From contig JANKJI020000004.1 of NCBI GenBank assembly GCA_024626585.2, positions 108,279,159-108,298,369 on the forward strand: a stretch of DNA of 19,211 nt. The letters are read 5' to 3'. Below the pieces are notes generated by a model. The model was not told where the DNA came from, searched no databases, and saw only the letters and a list, made by a program, of their open reading frames with translations. Positions within the stretch are counted from its first letter, which is position 1. Each line of letters begins with the position of its first letter. Shown piece by piece: positions 1 through 10,761 of the stretch. Source of the DNA: Ginkgo biloba. Taxonomy: Eukaryota > Plantae > Ginkgophyta. The position numbers and the translations under genes are program-made.

Positions 1-1883
1 TTCAATTCTTGCTCCTTTCATATTTATGGGTGAAGGTGTTGATATCATTAGAGCTTCAATAGAAATTTATGTTGTATTATGGAAATCATGTGATTGTACA
101 TTAATGGTTCCTCCTCTTTAACTTCTACATCTTTTTCTATTGATCATCCCTCATTCTTATTGTTGTTGTCACTTCTACGAGATCTTATACGTGTTCGTTG
201 TCATGGATCATTGACTCTTCTTTTAGCTCTATTTTTTTAGTTGACAAATCTTCTTCTTGTGTGGTTTTCACTTTTATTTTTCCTTATTTATGTATAACTT
301 CTTTTATTTATTTCTTAGATGATAGCATTGGATGTCAAGGTGTGTTTGGTTGAATAGAGGACCATATGGAAAATGTTCACTAATCTATAGCCTACAATTC
401 TTCTTTATGCATACATGCCATACTTAATGCTTTTGATAGTTAGTTGGAGGGAATAGATTAAATTTAATTTTGTATCTAATGTCTTTAGTGCCTTAAGTAT
501 ATGACTTTAAAGTTTTATTTCTTGCCATATTTTTGCCAATTCTACAAGATTTTAAAATAGGTAGTTGCATTCTACCATTGTTCTTATTTATCACTAACAT
601 GTTAATGTTTCCCAATATCCTTTGAATTAGTTGAAAGGATAGTTTTTCTTCATTTGTAATTGGAAGAATGTTAAAGTAACTCTATAACTTATTGACCCAT
701 ATTAGGGGACTAATGAACTTCTCCCATTCTTAAAATAATGGCTTGTAGGTGTTTTCTTTGGGATATAAATTTAGTCAAGTTTGGGACTTTGTAACCTAAT
801 TTTTCTTTTCATTTTCTAGTAAATATGTATCTAGGTTTTGTGATAGAAGGGATTTGTCTAATATAATGTACTTCTAAATTCCACCTCCTTGAAAGGGTTC
901 ACCAAGAAATTAAAATTTTTCCTCATGCATGTGAGTTTTTATGAATGGCTTAATTCTTGACTAATTTGAGTTTGTTTATGGTGTTTATATGCACGTGTTG
1001 TTGATCATATCCCAAATGCTAAGCATTTAGTTTGATAATTGTAAGTATTTTACACACCTTGGACTTGTGGTGTATCGTTTGGTATTAAAGCTAAAAGAGA
1101 ATTATTGTTTAATTTAGAGAAGAAAGAATATCCACACCTTGGAGACATTGTAAGTTATGAAGGTTTTTTTTTAGGGTTATTATTATTTATTCTTGGTTTT
1201 ATATTGTATGGTTTAGACTAGATCATATATAAAGATTTAAATTATAATCTAAGAGAGGTACCATTACAACCAATTAAATGCTTGAGAGTTCATTTTTTTG
1301 GCTAGTCCATTTGAGATTTAAGTGCTTATGATTGATAAAGGGNNNNNNNNNNNNNNNNNNNNNNNNNNNNNNNNNNNNNNNNNNNNNNNNNNNNNNNNNN
1401 NNNNNNNNNNNNNNNNNNNNNNNNNNNNNNNNNNNNNNNNNNNNNNNNNNNNNNNNNNNNNNNNNNNNNNNNNNNNNNNNNNNNNNNNNNNNNNNNNNNN
1501 NNNNNNNNNNNNNNNNNNNNNNNNNNNNNNNNNNNNNNNNNNNNNNNNNNNNNNNNNNNNNNNNNNNNNNNNNNNNNNNNNNNNNNNNNNNNNNNNNNNN
1601 NNNNNNNNNNNNNNTGACCCTTGTAGTGATTACTAATGAATACTTAATATGAATAAGCATAACAAAAATAGTGTAGGCAAAAAGAAATTCTAGAAGAATA
1701 AAGTAAAAAATATGAACTTATTTGAAGATCACAAGATAAGACAACATCATAAGGTATAAAAATGTTTGGAAGTCCTACTTCCTTAATACCTTCTAGAAGA
1801 AGAAACTACTACAGAGTAAATTTAGTTAATAGTTCTATGTTGGTCATTATTTGTATTTATAATAACTTTTAATAAAAGTATCA

Positions 1884-3700
1884 TTTTTTTTGAATTGAAA
1901 TCTTTTTATATTATTGATCAAAGAAATGTCATATCATGAAGTACAAAGGGACATAGTAATTACAAGAAAAGGACTCTTGATTAACCTTACCAAAGTGGGA
2001 CCACTATAGATACCATCAATATCTAAGTAAAGACAAAATGCTTAAGCATTGATAAATATTGAGTATTTAATATAACTCAAAAATTACAAATATTTTCTAT
2101 ATTGAAACATTAAGTCAATACTCTTAGAAGATATAACATACTTGAAAAATAACATATGATAATTGTGATTAAGTGACAAATTAACAAATCATATTAATTA
2201 AGGCGTTAATGTTGAATCTTGCTTAAAAGATATAATTGAAAGTTTAGGCCATGCCCTAAGATTTGATTAAGACCTACCTTTTCCTAGTTGTTCTAATCAT
2301 CATCTACTAATCAACTAGATGGCCTCTCATCTTCTTCTAAGGACCAATAATAGGAGGATTATTTTTTATAATAATTTATACTTGGTAACTTTCCACCTTA
2401 AGCTAAGATTTTTTAAAAGAAATTTTAAAGATTGAGGAGGAGACTTAATGTCATCATTTGAAGGTATATGTAAAAGTTAATGGTCATAAGATGTCCTTTG
2501 ATTTGCTTACTTTCCTAAAATTGAATATTAAACTTTTTGCCAAGGTTTCTAAATAGGGTGGAATAATATAGAGCCCTTGGCCTTGATGTCTTTCTGAAGA
2601 AAATGCAGTTCAAATATATCAATTTCTTTCAAGTTTGATTTACTAGATATACATCCATCTTATATGTTCCTCTCAATCAATTATTAATATGGTTCATTGC
2701 CCTAAGAGGATTTTAGCATCAATTTGGTTGTCAATGATTTACCTTGCCTTTATAAATTATAATCCTCGTCCTCTAATCTTCTCTCCTTATAAAACATAGT
2801 TTCCAAATGATCTTAACACTTTGACCCTTTTAGAGCCATCGCCATTCTTCCTTTTTTATCCATACCTTATTTCTTAACTCATGAGAACAAATTGATTCTA
2901 CTTTTTTATGATTGAGTTTAGCTCCCTAGGCTAGACAAAAAAATTGCATTCTAGGCAGAACTTAATCTATAATCTTTTGATTAACATCCAAATATAGACA
3001 ACTAAATTTATAATCTCTTAATTAACATCCAAATTAAGGGTAAAGTCATCAATAAAATGAATGATAAGAAACTAAGAATTATCATTAAGCATTGCAATTC
3101 CCTTAATAATACCCCCATTTCTATCTCTTAAAAGACAATCCATAACCTTTATAATCAACATAAAAAGAGTAAGAGTTAAAGGACATCCTTGTAAATTAAC
3201 CTTCATAGAAAAATCTTGTTAAATAGTTATCTATTAACTAACACCCTGGGTAATTGCATTATTAAGTAGGGATTGAATTCCCTTTTGGAAATCAACCCCA
3301 AATCTAGGACCTAATAACATAACTTAAACAAAATTTTGTTCTATTATGTCATAGGCATTCTTTAAATCTAGCATCATGATCTAAACCTTCCCAAGCATTC
3401 AAAATTTTTTAAAGTATCTATATCTTTCTTTTACAAATCCTACTTGATTAGGGTATACCATATTATTAGAAAAATGGCACCCTAAATTATTAATGTTTAT
3501 TTGCCTTATTTTCCTTACTTCAACACTATGTTTTAAAGGAACTATGATAAACCTTAGTTAAATCCATGGTCATAATATTAGAATGAATCAAACCATATTT
3601 AAGATATGAGGATTCAAATTAATTCTCTTAATGCCCTCAAACAATTCTACTCGAGGATAAATAGGTCTTATTTATCATCCCATAGGAGCGGGGATAGGTA
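1884..3700 (-). mobile_element. Decayed L1-type LINE ORF2: reverse transcriptase domain, C-terminal remnant and candidate 3' poly(A) end
   Basis: Minus-strand translation with stops and frameshifts gives motifs in the expected order: MVYPNQVGFVKERY (~3462-3420; cf. Q.GFV.GR.I), MLDLKNAYD (~3374-3348; cf. D..KAYD), LQGCPLTLTLF (~3194-3162; cf. RQGCPLSP.LF), HFIDD (3059-3045; catalytic F/YxDD), FCLA*GAKLN (~2940-2911) and WIKKEEWRWL. A T8 run at 1884-1891 is a candidate A-tail. Both ends are approximate. Confidence 0.9.
2959..3034. repeat. Tandem duplication, 41-bp period, inside the LINE RT
   Basis: aacttaatctataatcttttgattaacatccaaat (2959-2993) vs aactaaatttataatctcttaattaacatccaaat (3000-3034): 31/35 identical. 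Confidence 0.8.
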
Positions 3701-3721
3701 TTCTTCCTTATCTCTATTGAT

Positions 3722-4361
3722 ATTAATCAAGTACTCCATATAGTTGAGTCTTAATTCACTTCTATAAATGAGGTATTCCTCCCAAGTGTTATTAAAAATG
3801 AGAATATCATATAAGCATACACTTATAAATTCATCTAAAAAGGGTTAAATAACATTGTTCATCAACCTCATAAATGTGTCAAGGACATTAGTTATTCTAA
3901 AATTCATGAATAACCATTCAAACAACCCTTGCCTAGTTTTTAATATGATTTATTGGGTATCTTTCTCTTTTATTCACATGTGATGATAGCTAGGCTTCAG
4001 GTCAATATTACTGAAGAAGTGGGCTCCCTAAAGGTGGTCTAAGAGGTTTTTGATCTGTGGAAGTGGATATCAATTTTTGAGAATAATTTTTTGATGGTCC
4101 TGAATTAAAATCATATCTTGTAATATCCATCCTTATTTAGAACTATAAGGATCAATTATCCATAAGGAGAAGTGATGGACTTAATGTGCACCTTCTATAA
4201 TAACTCCTCTAGTTGTCACTTAGTCTTGTTAATCTATAAAACTAACTTGCAATAAAGAACATCATTTAGTAGTGGAGCACTAGATACAAAATAAATGGAG
4301 TGGGAGATGACCCTATAAAGGGGAAGGCCCTTAGGAGGTTCAAACATATCAATATAATCCT
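3722..4361 (-). mobile_element. Decayed Ty3/gypsy (chromovirus-like) reverse transcriptase
   Basis: Minus strand reads DMFEPPKGLPLYRVISHSI...QLEELL*KVHIKSITSPYG*LILIVLNKDG, then after a frameshift KN*YPLPQIKNLLDHL*GAHFFSNIDLKPSYHHM*IKE...KTRQGLFEWLFMNFRITN...FMRLMN...VCLYDILIF..TWEEYL. These match the gypsy RT motifs KNRYPLPRIDDL, DLKSGYHQ, EWLVMPFGLTNAP and VYLDDIL. The upstream end runs into an N gap. Confidence 0.93.
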
Positions 4362-4461
4362 NNNNNNNNNNNNNNNNNNNNNNNNNNNNNNNNNNNNNNN
4401 NNNNNNNNNNNNNNNNNNNNNNNNNNNNNNNNNNNNNNNNNNNNNNNNNNNNNNNNNNNNN

Positions 4462-5250
4462 TTACTTCAACACCAGGGTTCAATGTCCTATAATTAATAC
4501 CAGTCAAATCTAAGATAAAGCCCCAAGTTTGGCCTGACATATGGTCAAAGGTGAGGATTCCAACTAACTCCTTCAACTACCTCATGTTAATTCCATTTGA
4601 GAAAAGGTGCATCTTACCTTAACCCCATATGAAGGGATACATATCTTATCCTATATCCACTCCTTTTGTCTTCTAGATCTTATTTGCAAAGTCCTATAAG
4701 TAGAGGCTTGACCTTGAGAATAAACGAAGGTTGATGTGAAGTTGTAGGAAAATTTTACTACATTAAAGACTTACATTTTGAAGAGGAAGGTTTGGAAAGG
4801 GGAAAGGAGTATTAGCAACCTTGGAATTGTTTAAGGATTTGGTTTATGGCTATAAAACTACAAAAAGTGGAACAGTCAAATTGATCAACCAATAAGCATG
4901 GCTTTGGGATCATTATTATTATTTTTAATTTCAAACACATAAACTCAAATTGATTGTAAGGAATTGTTTTAAATTTGTATTCACAAACTCAAATTCAATC
5001 TAACCATTTTATTTGGCTTTGTGCATCTCGTTTTATTTTAAAAAATTAAGAAAAAAAGAAATACAAATTAGGAAAATCTACTTTTGGTATTTCTATCGGA
5101 CTAGTTATTTTTTCTATTTTCATACTTAGTTTTTCTAAGAGGAAAGTGTTGATATTTTATTTTATTTTATTCCTTTATTTTCATAATTAGGAAAGGAACT
5201 AATTGTATACACCCATTTCCAATCTTGCAATCAATACACTCTACATTGAT
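4462..5250 (+). mobile_element. Possible LTR-like non-coding segment
   Basis: No recognisable coding motifs. A TATA-like cctataagtagagg near 4693-4706 resembles the plant LTR promoter context. No partner LTR or clean TG..CA ends were found. Confidence 0.25.
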
Positions 5251-6101
5251 TTTATAACAAAATCAAGTAGACTCTTTCCTCTTAGTAACACTGCCATTAT
5301 TTACTCATAATATTAAAAATAACCTATCTTGCAGGATAAATAAGTCTTCTTATAGTCTAAATAGTCCCTTAGTTAGGAAGTCCCTTGGGCACATTGCATA
5401 GGTAACCAAATCTCTAGAGTAATATTTTTAAAAGTTGATTTATCAACTAGTTTGAACATATGTTGGGGTTCATTAATAATTGTCACACATTTATGAGAAT
5501 TTTANNNNNNNNNNNNNNNNNNNNNNNTCCTTTATTTATCTTTTCTCATTATGAATAATCTACACCTTTGAGTTAGTTTCACTTACACATAAATCAAGAC
5601 ACCTTTTAAACCTTAAAAAATCTCTAATCATTAACAAAACATATAGGACTTTAGTTTGATATTTTCTTGATTTTAATGCATTAAAATCTTATTTGTTACA
5701 AAAGAGACTTTAGTTACTTCATCACATCATGGTTAGATTCCATAGATATTTTGTACCTATGTGTGTCTTAGAGGCTTATCCCCTTTGCCTTTTGATCTAA
5801 CACTACAAAGTGTTTCATAATACTCCATCCACACCTCAACCATCAACACCTCATGCATAAGTTACTCCATCTACATCAATGACCACTCTTAGTGATACTA
5901 GCCTAGCTCCTATTGGTCTCATTTAACAATGAATCCCATTCTTTACTTACATATGTATAAGGAACCTCTCGTTTGAACACTCCTCTTAAGATAGATCTTA
6001 CTTGGCCAAGACTTATTAATTATATCTGCATATATGCTAAATTTGATGCTCTAGTATTTTGCTTACTAATGTACTTAAAAATTTCTTTCTCATTGTAAGA
6101 T

Positions 6102-6761
6102 GAGGCTAAATTTTCTTATAAAAATTTGGTGAATAGGTCAACAAGATTAATGTCTTTCCATATTCTATATGGACGGATGTCAAAGACCGTGGTGGACTTG
6201 GTTGAAGTTCCAAGTAGTGAAAGGATCAACGATGATACCAAAGTAATGGCAAAACATTTAAAGCACATCCATGAGCAAGTGAGGTGACAATTATCAAAGA
6301 GTACTGCAAGATATAAGATATCCATATACCATCACTACTGACATAAAGAATTTAAAGATGGAGACATGGTCATGGTATTCCTGAGAAAGGATAAGTTTTT
6401 GGTGAGAAATTACAATAAGCTAAAATATAAGAAGATTAGAACATGTCAGATAACCAAGAAGATAAATGAGAACCTATATGAGGTGGACCTACCGACAGAG
6501 TATGAGATCTCATTGGTATTCAATATTGCGTATCTATATAAATTCCAAGGAGAAGAAGAACTAGAAGAACTAGAGGTTGACTGGTAGTGACAAGTGATGA
6601 GGAGAAAGAAATAACATATTGAAGAAGTGTTGGATAGGAAAGTCATGGAAACCACAGGGAGAAGCTACCCCATATACTTTGTGAAGTTGAAAGGATTATC
6701 TCAAGAAGACAATATGTTGATCACTGAGGAAGAAATTAGAAGTTTAGATGAAGAAAAGTAG
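6102..6761 (+). mobile_element. Decayed Ty3/gypsy integrase C-terminal half with GPY/F region and chromodomain (CRM-like chromovirus)
   Basis: One frame for 220 codons with internal stops: EAKFSYKNLVNRSTRLMSFHILYG (cf. AEFAYNNSVNRSTG.SPF.IVYG), EFKDGDMVMVFLRKDKF...YNKLKYKKIRTC..TKKINENLYEVDLP..YEISLVFNIAYLY (cf. KIGPC, INDNAY.VDLP, ISPVFNV.DL), then IEEVLDRK...YFVKLKGLSQEDNMLITEEEI (cf. chromodomain YLVKWKG...ED.TW). Contains listed ORF 6366..6587. Confidence 0.93.
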
Positions 6762-7779
6762 AAAATATNNNNNNNNNNNNNNNNNNNNNNNNNNNNNNNN
6801 NNNNNNNNNNNNNNNNNNNNNNNNNNNNNNNNNNNNNNNNNNNNNNNNNNNNNNNNNNNNNNNNNNNNTAGACAGAGTTGTAATAAGCTCCACATGGATA
6901 GATTTGGGGAGACCTTTAAGTATCGCTCACCTACAACAAAAGGGGTGGCTTTACATCAATCCTGGAATAGAACATAAGGCAACATTCACTACATTATAGA
7001 GTTAAAAATATTTGTAAGGCACTCAATCCTTCGATAATGTTTGGTATTTTTAATTTTGGGAGTTTGGAAATTTGGGTGATTAGGACTTACAAGCGTAGGC
7101 ACACTTCAAGAGGTACACATTTTAGGGACCTAACTAAAGAATTAAATCATGTTGTGGAAGATATGATCCAAAGTGATAAAAGGAAGACTATCAAGCTTTT
7201 CGAAGTTTAGGGATCTGTGAGAAGCCTAAAATATAGCTTGAGGTTGCGGACCCAAAATCTAGTTCAAAAGATGTTAAGAAGGGACTACCCAGGGCCCCAT
7301 ATAAAGACTTTGTATTCAAGCCATGGTAATATGTATACCTAAAAGAGTAAATAGTGATGCATTTTTTAAATGATGTATTAACATCAGTAATGATTAGCAT
7401 ATACATTAAGGATATAGTAATTATGAGTGTTATACTCAACTATATGAGTGTTACCTCTAGAATTTCTAATCATCAGTAGGACTATCATGGTTATTTAGCA
7501 ATAACCCTTCTCAGAGACCATTAGCATATAAATTATTAAGGATTCATCTTGTATAGGTCTTATCTCACCTATACATCCTCCATCACAATCACAATGGACT
7601 TCCTAATTCATTAACCACATTTATCAACAACATAGCCAAGTTTAAGGCTAATCATATTAATAGCAATATAGCTATAGGTTATCATAATACATCTAGTTGT
7701 TAAATATCAATATGATCCCAATTGCCCTTAAGGGGGTTCATATTTCAATACATACAAAGTAATACATATCACTCGGACC

Positions 7780-9132
7780 TCCTCCTCCTCTAGTTGAAGG
7801 AAGAGGCCATTAATTAATTTGGTGCTCTCCTTTTAATCCTTAAGCCAATTACACTTCCCGAGACATTGTCCAAACTCATAGAAAAAAAAAGATTTCAATA
7901 ACAAGTCCCATGTAATTGTCAACTACTCTATTATTGAGGATTTATCTCATTGTTCTTATGTTATATCAGTGTTGGACTTTTGATAGAATTATTCCAAGTA
8001 GAGTTAGAGTTTATTTTCTACTATAGGTGTTATTGATATATATAATATTTTAAATCTTGTAGTGCAAACTCCTACCATATGTCCCTTCTATATTCATACT
8101 TAGACATTAGTTTAAGTTATTAAGCATTGTATAGATAATAAGGGATTAACTCTTGATGTCTTCACATGATTTTGAGTAATCAGATGTACCTCCCTTGACA
8201 AGCACTATAATATATTAAAGATCGTTGGTAGTCAGTCCTTTAATCCCTTAAGATTCATCTATGATATTCGTATTTCATTTGGAGGTAAGATTATCCATGT
8301 TGATGTAGAAGTGATGGGTAGGAAATTGGATTATATCTTACTCCAACTTCAATTTATCCATCCTTTGCTAGCAAATAATACTATAGAGAATAACTTGCAT
8401 ATGGTATTTATAACACTAATGCTAATCCTTAATTCTTATCTTCTATTTGGTTTCTAATTATCCCCTTGAGCCTATTGCGACGATACATTTATCTTGACCT
8501 TTAAAGACCAAATCTTATTGTAGATTAACATGTTAGACAAGGCAAACTACTTCTCTTGTGAAGAATTACAACCTAAGATGCAACATTAACATGGTGCATT
8601 TATAGTCTAATCTATCCCTATGGATCTATTTTCAAATGATAAATTCTCTTTAGAGTTCATTTATGGCCCTAAATTAGATTGAAACATTGTCCATCACAAA
8701 CACAGACATTCCTCTAATTGTTAAATGATAGTCTTTTCTATCCAGCCACATAGAAAATGCTTGTAGTTAAAATAAATGATTTCTTTTTTTCATGAAACAT
8801 AAATTTCTCCAATCTCACTTATCTAGCTTTAGAAAATGATAATCTTATGAATGTAAGCGAAATCTATGCTATTAACATATTTGATAAGTCAAAACCATAC
8901 AACATTTTGATAGGGATTCTGTATACTCTTAGTGAAGAGTTTTAGCATAAAATCTTATTCTAAGAGTTTTATCATGTCTTTGTTGGTCCTATTTTATGAT
9001 GCCTAATATGGACTTTAGAATTGTCACTCATAAAATTATCACATATCCTAATGCTTTTCTTGTGCAGTGGTGCCAAATGTTAAAATTTGAATAATAATAG
9101 GATCTTTTAAGTTTCGTCACATTTGTAGGTAC
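7780..9132 (+). mobile_element. Decayed Tat-clade Ty3/gypsy gag-end / protease / RT N-terminus
   Basis: NYSIIEDL (7921-7944); protease C-terminal half FGGKIIHVDVEVMGRKLDYILL (~8278-8343; cf. LGGKTV.VEVEVVDAPLDYNLLLG); NLMNVSEIYAINI (~8841-8880); EFYHVF / WSYFMMPNMDFRIVTHKIITYPNA (~8964-9055; cf. the Tat signature FAWSYEEMPGIDP.IV.H.I). Ends at an N gap; the 5' boundary is approximate. Confidence 0.8.
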
Positions 9133-9626
9133 NNNNNNNNNNNNNNNNNNNNNNNNNNNNNNNNNNNNNNNNNNNNNNNNNNNNNNNNNNNNNNNNNNNN
9201 NNNNNNNNNNNNNNNNNNNNNNNNNNNNNNNNATTAAGGGTTGGAATAACCATTGGAGCATGAATTATCTACCTAAAACAGAGTCGTTAGAGTTAACATA
9301 AAAATTCAAGAACTAGTTGTTGATGGCCATGAAAGGGGGCACTAGATTTTGTTTCTCCAGTTAAAAAAAATATTATGCATGGACTCCCTTATGTGTGCTT
9401 ATGACATTTATGTTCATATTTATATCTCTATGAATGTATTAACTTGTGATTGNNNNNNNNNNNNNNNNNNNNNNNNNNNNNNNNNNNNNNNNNNNNNNNN
9501 NNNNNNNNNNNNNNNNNNNNNNNNNNNNNNATCCTAGAAGGTAGGAAAGGCTGGTGACCTAAAAGTGAAACTCTAGTGTGATTTTTGTAGTATCAGGGTC
9601 ATCACCTATATCCCACCTATGTTAGA

Positions 9627-9636
9627 TGGTATTAGA
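9627..9636 (+). promoter_or_regulatory. Candidate degenerate tRNA-iMet primer binding site
   Basis: tggtattaga vs canonical TGGTATCAGA (9/10, one C>T). It follows 'gttaga' and precedes a purine-rich coding-like tract and a protease. Confidence 0.35.
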
Positions 9637-9945
9637 TAAGAAATCCAAGATATCACAAAGAAGGGACAATTGATCCTTAAATGATGGAAGCCCTTATGTA
9701 ATAGGTTGATAATATTATGAATGAGGTTGAAGAATTGAGAATTGTCTTCTAAGACTGAAGACTTTCATCACCCGTAGATCAATGCTAATGAGACCAAGCA
9801 AGAGAATGAAGCTCTAATCCAGTTAGAGTAGAACCGATAAAGAGTGGTATTCATAGTGTGCAGATTCAAAAGAAACAAAAAGGAAGATCTAAGTTGCAGA
9901 GTGCCTTCTCATAGCTATGAAGAGTTTGTGGATGCAAAATTATGA

Positions 9946-10610
9946 GTGTTGAAGGTAAAAATCAAAGAATATGATGCACCAATTTTGATTACTAACGGGT
10001 GTACTCACAATTTTCTATAAACCAAACCACTTGATTATGAGTACCATGTAAAGATGGCAAATGGACAAGGGGTATAGGTTTAGGATGAATTTGCACCACA
10101 AATATTAATATCTATCCAAGACTATCAAGACAAGCTAAATTTCATCTTCATGGAAATTCATAAGCATTATGCAATCCTAGGACAATTGTGGCTTTGGGTT
10201 AAGAACACCCATATCCACTATAGGTAGCATCTTATCGATCTAATTCATGATGGAAGAGTATGCAACTGACTAGAGATAAGGATATGTGAAATATTATAAT
10301 GGTTTCATGTATACAAATGAAAAGAGAGGCAAGGAAGGAAACATCCTAGTGCAATATCTTTTTTTCTTCAAAGAAAAAAGTAGATCCAGATAATAAGGCA
10401 AGTAGGGACTGACCCAAAAAAGTGCAATTGCTACTAAAAGAATTTGCAAACCTATGTCCAAAAAAAACTTTTGGATGTATCCATTAAATGGGTAAAGCAT
10501 ATGATTTAGTTGGAGCTTGAAACAAAGCCTACTTGTCAACTTTTTTACAAGTTAAGTCACAAGGGGAAGTAAGATGTGTATAAACAAATAGAGGAATTTT
10601 TCACTAAACA
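9946..10610 (+). mobile_element. Decayed Ty3/gypsy (chromovirus-like) aspartic protease plus start of RT
   Basis: ILITNGCTHNFL (cf. LIDSGATHNF), VKMANG, AILGQLWLWVKNTHI (cf. DVILGMPWL...NP.I), then LLKEFANL and VKHMI*LELETKPTCQLFYKLSH...VYKQIEEF (cf. H.IEL.PG..P....Y.LS..E..E...QI.EL). Confidence 0.82.
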
Positions 10611-10761
10611 TGAAATCATTAGAAGAGTGTCGAGGAAGATTACAAAAAATATCTAAAGTTGGAAAAATACTCTCTTAAGGATCTATACTAACTCAGGCTA
10701 GCAATGATTAAAGGAAAGAAATTAGATGAGGTAAATCATCTTAGTTTGGAAGAAAACAAGG

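Noticed and set aside
1053-1143. 11-bp direct repeat cacaccttgga 80 bp apart
   Set aside because: Short, isolated and without supporting structure.
3045-4361. Two adjacent RT domains as a novel dual-RT or retron/DGR-like system
   Set aside because: Both are stop- and frameshift-riddled and match ordinary plant LINE and gypsy RTs. There is no ncRNA, template repeat or partner gene.
5820-5925. Pro/Ser/Thr-rich reading (TPSTPQPSTP) as a gag N-terminus
   Set aside because: Low complexity, interrupted by stops and with no diagnostic motif.
6446-6655. Ser-rich minus-strand ORF, and ORF 6116..6325
   Set aside because: These are antisense shadows of the plus-strand integrase frame.
6869-7440. Coding-like purine-rich stretch including ORF 7191..7439
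   Set aside because: No recognisable motif in the frames I read; it cannot be assigned.
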